64,000 nt of DNA from assembly GCF_009914755.1 (NCBI RefSeq), contig NC_060944.1. The stretch is one strand, 5' to 3'. Every line of letters begins with the position of its first letter. Within the stretch, counting starts at the first letter, position 1. The notes under the pieces were generated by a model. The model was not told where the DNA came from and did no database searches. It worked only from the letters and a program-made list of their open reading frames with translations. This DNA is from the human T2T-CHM13v2.0 reference genome, Homo sapiens. The translations under genes were made by a program, and so were the position numbers. Positions 51,901 through 64,000 of this stretch are shown in pieces.

Positions 51901-54900
51901 CATTTGGATCGCTTTCAGGCCTATGGTGAAAAAGGAAATATCTTCCCATGAAAACTAGACAGAAGCATTCTCAGAAACTTATTTGTGATGTGTGCCCTCA
52001 ACTGACAGTGTTGAACCTTTGTTTTGATAGAGCAGTTCTGAAACACACTTTTTGTAAAATCTGCAAGAGGATATTTGGATAGCTTTGAGGATTTCGTTGG
52101 AAACGGGAATGTCTTCATGTAAACTCTAGACAGAAGCATTCTCAGAAACTGCTTTGGGATGTTTCAATTGAAGTCCCAGTGTTGAACATTCCCATTCATA
52201 GAGCAGGTTTGAAACACTCTTTTTGTACTATCTGGAAGTGGACATTTGGAGCGCTTTCAGGTCTACGGTGAAAAAGGAGATATCTTCCAATAAAAACTAG
52301 ATAGAAGCAATGTCAGAACTCTTTTCATGATGTATCTACTCAGCAAACAGAGTTGAACCTTTCTTTTGAGAGAGCAGTTTTGAAACACTCTTTTTGTGGA
52401 ATATGCAAGTGGGTATTAGGCCAGCTTGGAGGATTTCGTTGGAAACGGGAATACGTATAAAAAGCAGACAGCAGCATTGTCAGAAACTACTTTGTGATGT
52501 TTGCATTCAAGTCACAGAATTGAACACTCCCTTTCACAGAGCAGGTTTGAAACACTCTTTTTGTAGTGTCTGTAAGTGAACATTTGGATTGCTTTCAGGC
52601 CTAAGGTGAAAAAGGAAATATCTTCCCATAAAAACTAGACAGAAGCATTCTCAGAAACTTGTTTGTGATGTGTGCCCTCTACTGACAGAGTTGAAGCTTT
52701 CTTTGCAAAGAGCAGTTTTGAAACACTCTTTTTGTAGAATCTGCAAGAGGATATTTGGATAGCTTTGAGGATTTCTTGGGAAACGGGAATGTCTTCAGAT
52801 AAACTCTAGACAGAAGCATTCTCAGAAACTTCTTTGGGATGTTTCAATTGAAGTCACAGTGTTGAACATTCCCTTTCACAGAGCAGGTTTGAAACACTCT
52901 TTTTGTAGTGTCTATAAGTGAACATTTGGCGTGCTTTCAGGCCTAACGTGAAAAAGGAAATATCTTCCCATAAAAACTAGACAGAAGCATTCTCAGAAAC
53001 TTGTTCTTGATGTGTCCCCTCTACTGACAGAGTTGAACCTTTCTTTGCAAAGAGCAGCTTTGAAACACTCTTTTTGTAGAATCTGCAAGAGGATATTTGG
53101 ATAGCTTGGAGGATTTCGTTGGAAACGGGTATGTCTTCAGATAAACTCTAGACAGAAGCATTCTCAGAAACTTCTTTGGGATGTTGCATTCAAGTCACAG
53201 AGTAGAACATTCCCATTCATAGAGCAGATTTGAAACACTCTTTTTGTAGTATCTGGAAGTGGACATTTGGAGCGCTTTCAGGCCTATGTTGAAAAAGGAA
53301 ATATCTTCCCATAAAAACTAGACGGAAGCATTCTCAGAAACTTATTTGTGATGTGTTTGCTCAACTAACAGGATTGAACCATCGTTTTGAAGGAGCAGTT
53401 TTGAAACACTGTTTTCGTGGAATCTGCAAGTGGATATTTGGCTAGCTTTGAGGATTTCGTTGGAAACGGGATTACATATAAAAAGGAGACAGCAGCATTC
53501 TCAGAAACTTCTTTGTGATGTCTGCATTCAATTCACAGAGTTGAGCATTCCCTTTCATAGAGCAGGTTGGAAACACTCTTTTTGTAGTATCTGGATGAGG
53601 ACATTTGGAGCGCTTTCAGGCGTATGGTGAAACAGGAAATATCTTCCCGTAAAAACTAGACAGAAGCATTCTCAGAAGTTTATTTGTGATGTGTGCCCTC
53701 AACTAACAGAGTTGAACCTTTCTTTTGATAGAGCAGTTTTGAAACACTCTTTTTGTAAAATCTGCAAGAGGATATTTGGATAGCTTTGAGGATTTCGTTG
53801 CAAACGGGAATGGCTTCATATAAACTCTAGACAGAAGCATTCTCAGAAACTTCGTTGGGATGTTTCGATTGAAGTCCCAGTGTTGAACATTCCCTTTTAT
53901 AGAGCAGGTTGGAAACACTCTTTCTGCATTCCCTGGAAGTGGACATTTGGAGCGCTTTCAGGACGACGGTGAAAATGGAAATATCTTCCAAGAAAATCTA
54001 GATAGAAGCAATGTCAGAAACTTTTATGTGATGGATCTACTCAGCTAACAGAGTTGAACCTTTCTTTTGAGAGAGCAGTTTTGCAACACTCTTTTTGTGG
54101 AATATGCAAGTGGATATTAGGGCAGCTTTGAGGATTTCGTTGGAAACGGGAATACATGTAAAAAGCAGACAGCAGCATTCTCAGAAACTTCTTTGTGATG
54201 TTTGCATTGAAGTCACAGAGTTGAACATTCCCTTTGAGAGAGCAGGTTTGAAACACGCCTTTTGTCATATCTGGAAGTGTCCATTCGGAGCGCATTCAGG
54301 CTTGTGTTGAAAAAGGAAATATCCTCCCATAAAAACTAGACAGAAGCATTCTCAGAAACTTATCTGTGATGTATGTACTCAACTAACAGAACTAAACCAT
54401 CGTTTTGAAGGAGCAGTTTTGAAACACTCTTTTTGCGGAATCTGCAAGTGGATATTTGGCTAGCTGGGAGGATTTCGTTGGAAACGGGATTACATACAAA
54501 AAGCAGACAGCAGCATTCTCAGAAACTTCTTTGTGATGTTTGCATTCAAGTCACAGAGTTGAACATTCCCTTTCATAGAGCAGGTTTGAAACACTCTTTT
54601 TGTAGTATCTGGATGTGGACATTTGGATCGCTTTCAGGCCTATGGTGAAAAAGGAAATATCTTCCCATGAAAACTAGACAGAAGCATTCTCAGAAACTTA
54701 TTCGTGATGTGTGCCCTCAACTGACAGTGTTGAACCTTTGTTTTGATAGAGCAGTTCTGAAACACACTTTTTGTAAAATCTGTAAGAGGATATTTGGATA
54801 GCTTTGAGGATTTCGTTGGAAACGGGAATGTCTTCATGTAAACTCTAGACAGAAGCATTCTCAGAAACTGCTTTGGGATGTTTCAATTGAAGTCCCAGTG

Positions 54901-57900
54901 TTGAACATTCCCATTCATAGAGCAGGTTTGAAACACTCTTTTTGTACTATCTGGAAGTGGACATTTGGAGCGCTTTCAGGTCTACGGTGAAAAAGGAGAT
55001 ATCTTCCAATAAAAACTAGATAGAAGCAATGTCAGAACTTTTTTCATGATGTATCTACTCAGCAAACAGAGTTGAACCTTTCTTTTGAGAGAGCAGTTTT
55101 GGAACACTCTTTTTGTGGAATATGCAAGTGGGTATTAGGCCAGCTTGGAGGATTTCGTTGGAAACGGGAATACGTATAAAAAGCAGACAGCAGCATTGTC
55201 AGAAACTACTTTGTGATGTTTGCATTCAAGTCACAGAATTGAACACTCCCTTTCACAGAGCAGGTTTGAAACACTCTTTTTGTAGTGTCTGTAAGTGAAC
55301 ATTTGGATTGCTTTCAGGCCTAAGGTGAAAAAGGAAATATCTTCCCATAAAAACTAGACAGAAGCATTCTCAGAAACTTGTTTGTGATGTGTGCCCTCTA
55401 CTGACAGAGTTGAACCTTTCTTTGCAAAGAGCAGTTTTGAAACACTCTTTTTGTAGAATCTGCAAGAGGATATTTGGATAGCTTTGAGGATTTCTTGGGA
55501 AACGGGAATGTCTTCAGATAAACTCTAGACAGAAGCATTCTCAGAAACTTCTTTGGGATGTTTCAATTGAAGTCACAGTGTTGAACATTCCCTTTCACAG
55601 AGCAGGTTTGAAACACTCTTTTTGTAGTGTCTATAAGTGAACATTTGGCGTGCTTTCAGGCCTAACGTGAAAAAGGAAATATCTTCCCATAAAAACTAGA
55701 CAGAAGCATTCTCAGAAACTTGTTCTTGATGTGTCCCCTCTACTGACAGAGTTGAACCTTTCTTTGCAAAGAGCAGCTTTGAAACACTCTTTTTGTAGAA
55801 TCTGCAAGAGGATATTTGGATAGCTTGGAGGATTTCGTTGGAAACGGGTATGTCTTCAGATAAACTCTAGACAGAAGCATTCTCAGAAACTTCTTTGGGA
55901 TGTTGCATTCAAGTCACAGAGTAGAACATTCCCATTCATAGAGCAGATTTGAAACACTCTTTTTGTAGTATCTGGAAGTGGACATTTGGAGCGCTTTCAG
56001 GCCTATGTTGAAAAAGGAAATATCTTCCCATAAAAACTAGACGGAAGCATTCTCAGAAACTTATTTGTGATGTGTTTGCTCAACTAACAGGATTGAACCA
56101 TCGTTTTGAAGGAGCAGTTTTGAAACACTGTTTTCGTGGAATCTGCAAGTGGATATTTGGCTAGCTTTGAGGATTTCGTTGGAAACGGGATTACATATAA
56201 AAAGGAGACAGCAGCATTCTCAGAAACTTCTTTGTGATGTCTGCATTCAATTCACAGAGTTGAGCATTCCCTTTCATAGAGCAGGTTGGAAACACTCTTT
56301 TTGTAGTATCTGGATGAGGACATTTGGAGCGCTTTCAGGCGTATGGTGAAACAAGAAATATCTTCCCGTAAAAACTAGACAGAAGCATTCTCAGAAGTTT
56401 ATTTGTGATGTGTGCCCTCAACTAACAGAGTTGAACCTTTCTTTTGATAGAGCAGTTTTGAAACACTCTTTTTGTAAAATCTGCAAGAGGATATTTGGAT
56501 AGCTTTGAGGATTTCGTTGCAAACGGGAATGGCTTCATATAAACTCTAGACAGAAGCATTCTCAGAAACTTCGTTGGGATGTTTCGATTGAAGTCCCAGT
56601 GTTGAACATTCCCTTTTATAGAGCAGGTTGGAAACACTCTTTCTGCATTCCCTGGAAGTGGACATTTGGAGCGCTTTCAGGACGACGGTGAAAATGGAAA
56701 TATCTTCCAAGAAAATCTAGATAGAAGCAATGTCAGAAACTTTTATGTGATGGATCTACTCAGCTAACAGAGTTGAACCTTTCTTTTGAGAGAGCAGTTT
56801 TGCAACACTCTTTTTGTGGAATATGCAAGTGGATATTAGGGCAGCTTTGAGGATTTCGTTGGAAACGGGAATACATGTAAAAAGCAGACAGCAGCATTCT
56901 CAGAAACTTCTTTGTGATGTTTGCATTGAAGTCACAGAGTTGAACATTCCCTTTGAGAGAGCAGGTTTGAAACACGCCTTTTGTCATATCTGGAAGTGTC
57001 CATTCGGAGCGCATTCAGGCTTGTGTTGAAAAAGGAAATATCCTCCCATAAAAACTAGACAGAAGCATTCTTAGAAACTTATCTGTGATGTATGTACTCA
57101 ACTAACAGAACTAAACCATCGTTTTGAAGGAGCAGTTTTGAAACACTCTTTTTGCGGAATCTGCAAGTGGATATTTGGCTAGCTGGGAGGATTTCGTTGG
57201 AAACGGGATTACATACAAAAAGCAGAGAGCAGCATTCTCAGAAACTTCTTTGTGATGTTTGCATTCAAGTCACAGAGTTGAACATTCCCTTTCATAGAGC
57301 AGGTTTGAAACACTCTTTTTGTAGTATCTGGATGTGGACATTTGGATCGCTTTCAGGCCTATGGTGAAAAAGGAAATATCTTCCCATGAAGACTAGACAG
57401 AAGCATTCTCAGAAACTTATTTGTGATGTGTGCCCTCAACTGACAGTGTTGAACCTTTGTTTTGATAGAGCAGTTCTGAAACACACTTTTTGTGAAATCT
57501 GCAAGAGGATATTTGGATAGCTTTGAGGATTTCGTTGGAAACGGGAATGTCTTCATGTAAACTCTAGACAGAAGCATTCTCAGAAACTGCTTTGGGATGT
57601 TTCAATTGAAGTCCCAGTGTTGAACATTCCCTTTCATAGAGCAGGTTTGAAACACTCTTTTTGTACTATCTGGAAGTGGACATTTGGAGCGCTTTCAGGT
57701 CTACGGTGAAAAAGGAGATATCTTCCAATAAAAACTAGATAGAAGCAATGTCAGAACTTTTTTCATGATGTATCTACTCAGCAAACAGAGTTGAACCTTT
57801 CTTTTGAGAGAGCAGTTTTGAAACACTCTTTTTGTGGAATATGCAAGTGGGTATTAGGCCAGCTTGGAGGATTTCGTTGGAAACGGGAATACGTATAAAA

Positions 57901-59476
57901 AGCAGACAGCAGCATTGTCAGAAACTACTTTGTGATGTTTGCATTCAAGTCACAGAATTGAACACTCCCTTTCACAGAGCAGGTTTGAAACACTCTTTTT
58001 GTAGTGTCTGTAAGTGAACATTTGGATTGCTTTCAGGCCTAAGGTGAAAAAGGAAATATCTTCCCATAAAAACTAGACAGAAGCATTCTCAGAAACTTGT
58101 TTGTGATGTGTGCCCTCTACTGACAGAGTTGAACCTTTCTTTGCAAAGAGCAGTTTTGAAACACTCTTTTTGTAGAATCTGCAAGAGGATATTTGGATAG
58201 CTTTGAGGATTTCTTGGGAAACGGGAATGTCTTCAGATAAACTCTAGACAGAAGCATTCTCAGAAACTTCTTTGGGATGTTTCAATTGAAGTCACAGTGT
58301 TGAACATTCCCTTTCACAGAGCAGGTTTGAAACACTCTTTTTGTAGTGTCTATAAGTGAACATTTGGCGTGCTTTCAGGCCTAACGTGAAAAAGGAAATA
58401 TCTTCCCATAAAAACTAGACAGAAGCATTCTCAGAAACTTGTTCTTGATGTGTGCCCTCTACTGACAGAGTTGAACCTTTCTTTGCAAAGAGCAGCTTTG
58501 AAACACTCTTTTTGTAGAATCTGCAAGAGGATATTTGGATAGCTTGGAGGATTTCGTTGGAAACGGGTATGTCTTCAGATAAACTCTAGACAGAAGCATT
58601 CTCAGAAACTTCTTTGGGATGTTGCATTCAAGTCACAGAGTAGAACATTCCCATTCATAGAGCAGATTTGAAACACTCTTTTTGTAGTATCTGGAAGTGG
58701 ACATTTGGAGCGCTTTCAGGCCTATGTTGAAAAAGGAAATATCTTCCCATAAAAACTAGACGGAAGCATTCTCAGAAACTTATTTGTGATGTGTTTGCTC
58801 AACTAACAGGATTGAACCATCGTTTTGAAGGAGCAGTTTTGAAACACTGTTTTCGTGGAATCTGCAAGTGGATATTTGGCTAGCTTTGAGGATTTCGTTG
58901 GAAACGGGATTACATATAAAAAGGAGACAGCAGCATTCTCAGAAACTTCTTTGTGATGTCTGCATTCAATTCACAGAGTTGAGCATTCCCTTTCATAGAG
59001 CAGGTTGGAAACACTCTTTTTGTAGTATCTGGATGAGGACATTTGGAGCGCTTTCAGGCGTATGGTGAAAAAGGAAATATCTTCCCGTAAAAACTAGACA
59101 GAAGCATTCTCAGAAGTTTATTTGTGATGTGTGCCCTCAACTAACAGAGTTGAACCTTTCTTTTGATAGAGCAGTTTTGAAACACTCTTTTTGTAAAATC
59201 TGCAAGAGGATATTTGGATAGCTTTGAGGATTTCGTTGCAAACGGGAATGGCTTCATATAAACTCTAGACAGAAGCATTCTCAGAAACTTCGTTGGGATG
59301 TTTCGATTGAAGTCCCAGTGTTGAACATTCCCTTTTATAGAGCAGGTTGGAAACACTCTTTCTGCATTCCCTGGAAGTGGACATTTGGAGCGCTTTCAGG
59401 ACGACGGTGAAAATGGAAATATCTTCCAAGAAAATCTAGATAGAAGCAACGTCAGAAACTTTTATGTGATGGATCT
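15974..59476 (+). repeat. Sixteen 16-mer HORs (U7-U22); U19 is 2718 bp
   Basis: 2719-bp period throughout, except 48604 to 51322 (2718), caused by a 1-bp deletion at about 49745. Confidence 0.95.
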
Positions 59477-61854
59477 ACTCAGCTAACAGAGTTGAACCTT
59501 TCTTTTGAGAGAGCAGTTTTGCAACACTCTTTTTGTGGAATATGCAAGTGGATATTAGGGCAGCTTTGAGGATTTCGTTGGAAACGGGAATACATGTAAA
59601 AAGCAGACAGCAGCATTCTCAGAAACTTCTTTGTGATGTTTGCATTGAAGTCACAGAGTTGAACATTCCCTTTGAGAGAGCAGGTTTGAAACACGCCTTT
59701 TGTCATATCTGGAAGTGTCCATTCGGAGCGCATTCAGGCTTGTGTTGAAAAAGGAAATATCCTCCCATAAAAACTAGACAGAAGCATTCTCAGAAACTTA
59801 TCTGTGATGTATGTACTCAACTAACAGAACTAAACCATCGTTTTGAAGGAGCAGTTTTGAAACACTCTTTTTGCGGAATCTGCAAGTGGATATTTGGCTA
59901 GCTGGGAGGATTTCGTTGGAAACGGGATTACATACAAAAAGCAGACAGCAGCATTCTCAGAAACTTCTTTGTGATGTTTGCATTCAAGTCACAGAGTTGA
60001 ACATTCCCTTTCATAGAGCAGGTTTGAAACACTCTTTTTGTAGTATCTGGATGTGGACATTTGGATCGCTTTCAGGCCTATGGTGAAAAAGGAAATATCT
60101 TCCCATGAAGACTAGACAGAAGCATTCTCAGAAACTTATTTGTGATGTGTGCCCTCAACTGACAGTGTTGAACCTTTGTTTTGATAGAGCAGTTCTGAAA
60201 CACACTTTTTGTGAAATCTGCAAGAGGATATTTGGATAGCTTTGAGGATTTCGTTGGAAACGGGAATGTCTTCATGTAAACTCTAGACAGAAGCATTCTC
60301 AGAAACTGCTTTGGGATGTTTCAATTGAAGTCCCAGTGTTGAACATTCCCTTTCATAGAGCAGGTTTGAAACACTCTTTTTGTACTATCTGGAAGTGGAC
60401 ATTTGGAGCGCTTTCAGGTCTACGGTGAAAAAGGAGATATCTTCCAATAAAAACTAGATAGAAGCAATGTCAGAACTTTTTTCATGATGTATCTACTCAG
60501 CAAACAGAGTTGAACCTTTCTTTTGAGAGAGCAGTTTTGAAACACTCTTTTTGTGGAATATGCAAGTGGGTATTAGGCCAGCTTGGAGGATTTCGTTGGA
60601 AACGGGAATACGTATAAAAAGCAGACAGCAGCATTGTCAGAAACTACTTTGTGATGTTTGCATTCAAGTCACAGAATTGAACACTCCCTTTCACAGAGCA
60701 GGTTTGAAACACTCTTTTTGTAGTGTCTGTAAGTGAACATTTGGATTGCTTTCAGGCCTAAGGTGAAAAAGGAAATATCTTCCCATAAAAACTAGACAGA
60801 AGCATTCTCAGAAACTTGTTTGTGATGTGTGCCCTCTACTGACAGAGTTGAACCTTTCTTTGCAAAGAGCAGTTTTGAAACACTCTTTTTGTAGAATCTG
60901 CAAGAGGATATTTGGATAGCTTTGAGGATTTCTTGGGAAACGGGAATGTCTTCAGATAAACTCTAGACAGAAGCATTCTCAGAAACTTCTTTGGGATGTT
61001 TCAATTGAAGTCACAGTGTTGAACATTCCCATTCATAGAGCAGGTTTGAAACACTCTTTTTGTAGTATCTGGAAGTGGACATTTGGAGCGCTTTCAGGCC
61101 TATGTTGAAAAAGGAAATATCTTCCCATAAAAACTAGACGGAAGCATTCTCAGAAACTTATTTGTGATGTGTTTGCTCAACTAACAGGATTGAACCATCG
61201 TTTTGAAGGAGCAGTTTTGAAACACTGTTTTCGTGGAATCTGCAAGTGGATATTTGGCTAGCTTTGAGGATTTCGTTGGAAACGGGATTACATATAAAAA
61301 GGAGACAGCAGCATTCTCAGAAACTTCTTTGTGATGTCTGCATTCATTTCACAGAGTTGAGCATTCCCTTTCATAGAGCAGGTTGGAAACACTCTTTTTG
61401 TAGTATCTGGATGAGGACATTTGGAGCGCTTTCAGGCATATGGTGAAAAAGGAAATATCTTCCCGTAAAAACTAGACAGAAGCATTCTCAGAAGTTTATT
61501 TGTGATGTGTGCCCTCAACTAACAGAGTTGAACCTTTCTTTTGATAGAGCAGTTTTGAAACACTCTTTTTGTAAAATCTGCAAGAGGATATTTGGATAGC
61601 TTTGAGGATTTCGTTGCAAACGGGAATGGCTTCATATAAACTCTAGACAGAAGCATTCTCAGAAACTTCGTTGGGATGTTTCGATTGAAGTCCCAGTGTT
61701 GAACATTCCCTTTTATAGAGCAGGTTGGAAACACTCTTTCTGCATTCCCTGGAAGTGGACATTTGGAGCGCTTTCAGGACGACGGTGAAAATGGAAATAT
61801 CTTCCAAGAAAATCTAGATAGAAGCAACGTCAGAAACTTTTATGTGATGGATCT
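59477..61854 (+). repeat. Second 14-mer structural variant HOR U23 (2378 bp)
   Basis: Period 2378 (ORF 59479 to 61857). Same hybrid junction 'gtgttgaacattcccattcatagagcagg' at 61021-61030 and same SNVs as U6. Confidence 0.95.
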
Positions 61855-64000
61855 ACTCAGCTAACAGAGTTGAACCTTTCTTTTGAGAGAGCAGTTTTGC
61901 AACACTCTTTTTGTGGAATATGCAAGTGGATATTAGGGCAGCTTTGAGGATTTCGTTGGAAACGGGAATACATGTAAAAAGCAGACAGCAGCATTCTCAG
62001 AAACTTCTTTGTGATGTTTGCATTGAAGTCACAGAGTTGAACATTCCCTTTGAGAGAGCAGGTTTGAAACACGCCTTTTGTCATATCTGGAAGTGTCCAT
62101 TCGGAGCGCATTCAGGCTTGTGTTGAAACAGGAAATATCCTCCCATAAAAACTAGACAGAAGCATTCTCAGAAACTTATTTGTGATGTATGTACTCAACT
62201 AACAGAACTAAACCATCGTTTTGAAGGAGCAGTTTTGAAACACTCTTTTTGCGGAATCTGCAAGTGGATATTTGGCTAGCTGGGAGGATTTCGTTGGAAA
62301 CGGGATTACATACAAAAAGCAGACAGCAGCATTCTCAGAAACTTCTTTGTGATGTTTGCATTCAAGTCACAGAGTTGAACATTCCCTTTCATAGAGCAGG
62401 TTTGAAACACTCTTTTTGTAGTATCTGGATGTGGACATTTGGATCGCTTTCAGGCCTATGGTGAAAAAGGAAATATCTTCCCATGAAAACTAGACAGAAG
62501 CATTCTCAGAAACTTATTTGTGATGTGTGCCCTCAACTGACAGTGTTGAACCTTTGTTTTGATAGAGCAGTTCTGAAACACACTTTTTGTAAAATCTGCA
62601 AGAGGATATTTGGATAGCTTTGAGGATTTCGTTGGAAACGGGAATGTCTTCATGTAAACTCTAGACAGAAGCATTCTCAGAAACTGCTTTGGGATGTTTC
62701 AATTGAAGTCCCAGTGTTGAACATTCCCATTCATAGAGCAGGTTTGAAACACTCTTTTTGTAGTATCTGGAAGTGGACATTTGGAGCGCTTTCAGGTCTA
62801 CGGTGAAAAAGGAGATATCTTCCAATAAAAACTAGATAGAAGCAATGTCAGAACTCTTTTCATGATGTATCTACTCAGCAAACAGAGTTGAACCTTTCTT
62901 TTGAGAGAGCAGTTTTGAAACACTCTTTTTGTGGAATATGCAAGTGGGTATTAGGCCAGCTTGGAGGATTTCGTTGGAAACGGGAATACGTATAAAAAGC
63001 AGACAGCAGCATTGTCAGAAACTACTTTGTGATGTTTGCATTCAAGTCACAGAATTGAACACTCCCTTTCACAGAGCAGGTTTGAAACACTCTTTTTGTA
63101 GTGTCTGTAAGTGAACATTTGGATTGCTTTCAGGCCTAAGGTGAAAAAGGAAATATCTTCCCATAAAAACTAGACAGAAGCATTCTCAGAAACTTGTTTG
63201 TGATGTGTGCCCTCTACTGACAGAGTTGAACCTTTCTTTGCAAAGAGCAGTTTTGAAACACTCTTTTTGTAGAATCTGCAAGAGGATATTTGGATAGCTT
63301 TGAGGATTTCTTGGGAAACGGGAATGTCTTCAGATAAACTCTAGACAGAAGCATTCTCAGAAACTTCTTTGGGATGTTTCAATTGAAGTCACAGTGTTGA
63401 ACATTCCCTTTCACAGAGCAGGTTTGAAACACTCTTTTTGTAGTGTCTATAAGTGAACATTTGGCGTGCTTTCAGGCCTAACGTGAAAAAGGAAATATCT
63501 TCCCATAAAAACTAGACAGAAGCATTCTCAGAAACTTGTTCTTGATGTGTGCCCTCTACTGACAGAGTTGAACCTTTCTTTGCAAAGAGCAGCTTTGAAA
63601 CACTCTTTTTGTAGAATCTGCAAGAGGATATTTGGATAGCTTGGAGGATTTCGTTGGAAACGGGTATGTCTTCAGATAAACTCTAGACAGAAGCATTCTC
63701 AGAAACTTCTTTGGGATGTTGCATTCAAGTCACAGAGTAGAACATTCCCATTCATAGAGCAGATTTGAAACACTCTTTTTGTAGTATCTGGAAGTGGACA
63801 TTTGGAGCGCTTTCAGGCCTATGTTGAAAAAGGAAATATCTTCCCATAAAAACTAGACGGAAGCATTCTCAGAAACTTATTTGTGATGTGTTTGCTCAAC
63901 TAACAGGATTGAACCATCGTTTTGAAGGAGCAGTTTTGAAACACTGTTTTCGTGGAATCTGCAAGTGGATATTTGGCTAGCTTTGAGGATTTCGTTGGAA
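61855..64000 (+). repeat. Partial 16-mer HOR U24, truncated by the window end
   Basis: Continues in register and carries both W-type dimers. Its markers match U7 (gaaacagg, ttatttgtgatgtatg, tgtagtatc at about 62761, aactcttttc). Confidence 0.93.

Larger units (their letters stand above)
1..64000 (+). repeat. Alpha-satellite HOR array (dimeric, SF2-type; 16-mer, 2719-bp unit; probably human chr20 D20Z2/S2C20H1L)
   Basis: The hallmark motif 'cattctcagaaact...gtgatg' recurs every ~170 bp, and CENP-B boxes occur in every second monomer. The ORF track recurs at an exact 2719-bp period (3, 2722, 5441, 8160...). Alpha-satellite identity is near certain; the chr20 assignment is recalled (about 0.75) and not verified by alignment. 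Confidence 0.98.

Noticed and set aside
3-63114. Recurrent 61-84 aa ORFs on both strands (e.g. MWNMQVDIRAAL..., MFPTCSIKGNVQ...)
   Set aside because: They are chance stop-free frames in alpha-satellite monomers, repeated with the HOR period. Many start at TTG or GTG, they overlap on opposite strands, and they show no recognisable domain or gene context.
1-64000. CRISPR-like or prokaryotic repeat-spacer system
   Set aside because: The sequence between conserved motifs is itself homologous satellite, not unique spacers. No cas genes or any other genes are present.
1-64000. Assignment to D17Z1 or D7Z2, which are also ~2.7-kb 16-mers
   Set aside because: D17Z1 has pentameric (SF3) organisation and D7Z2 lacks a regular CENP-B box lattice. 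This array is strictly dimeric with a box in every second monomer.
1-64000. L1/Alu insertion, inversion or array edge
   Set aside because: The HOR period is fully accounted for (2719, 2378 twice, 2718 once), leaving no room for inserted sequence. All monomers are on the same strand and no divergence gradient is visible.

Overview
The whole 64 kb window is uninterrupted, single-orientation centromeric alpha-satellite DNA. It is built from ~170-bp monomers in alternating CENP-B-box / pJ-alpha-box dimers, grouped into a 16-monomer, 2719-bp higher-order repeat (HOR). There are 23 complete HOR copies plus one partial copy. Unit starts in window phase: U1 1, U2 2720, U3 5439, U4 8158, U5 10877, U6 13596, U7 15974, U8 18693, U9 21412, U10 24131, U11 26850, U12 29569, U13 32288, U14 35007, U15 37726, U16 40445, U17 43164, U18 45883, U19 48602, U20 51320, U21 54039, U22 56758, U23 59477, U24 61855. 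The monomers look like human suprachromosomal family 2 (SF2), and an SF2 16-mer best fits the active chromosome 20 array (D20Z2 / S2C20H1L); that assignment is from recall, not alignment. I see no genes, RNA genes, transposon insertions or inversions, and every listed ORF is an incidental satellite reading frame. I did not find a novel gene system. The notable signal is structural: a ~45.9-kb (17-HOR) super-period duplication, two identical 14-mer variant HORs, an out-of-register monomer replacement that removes a CENP-B box in two HORs, nested 1-4 HOR duplications, and an internal XYZ+XWWYZ dimer architecture. All variant calls were read by eye and may be incomplete.
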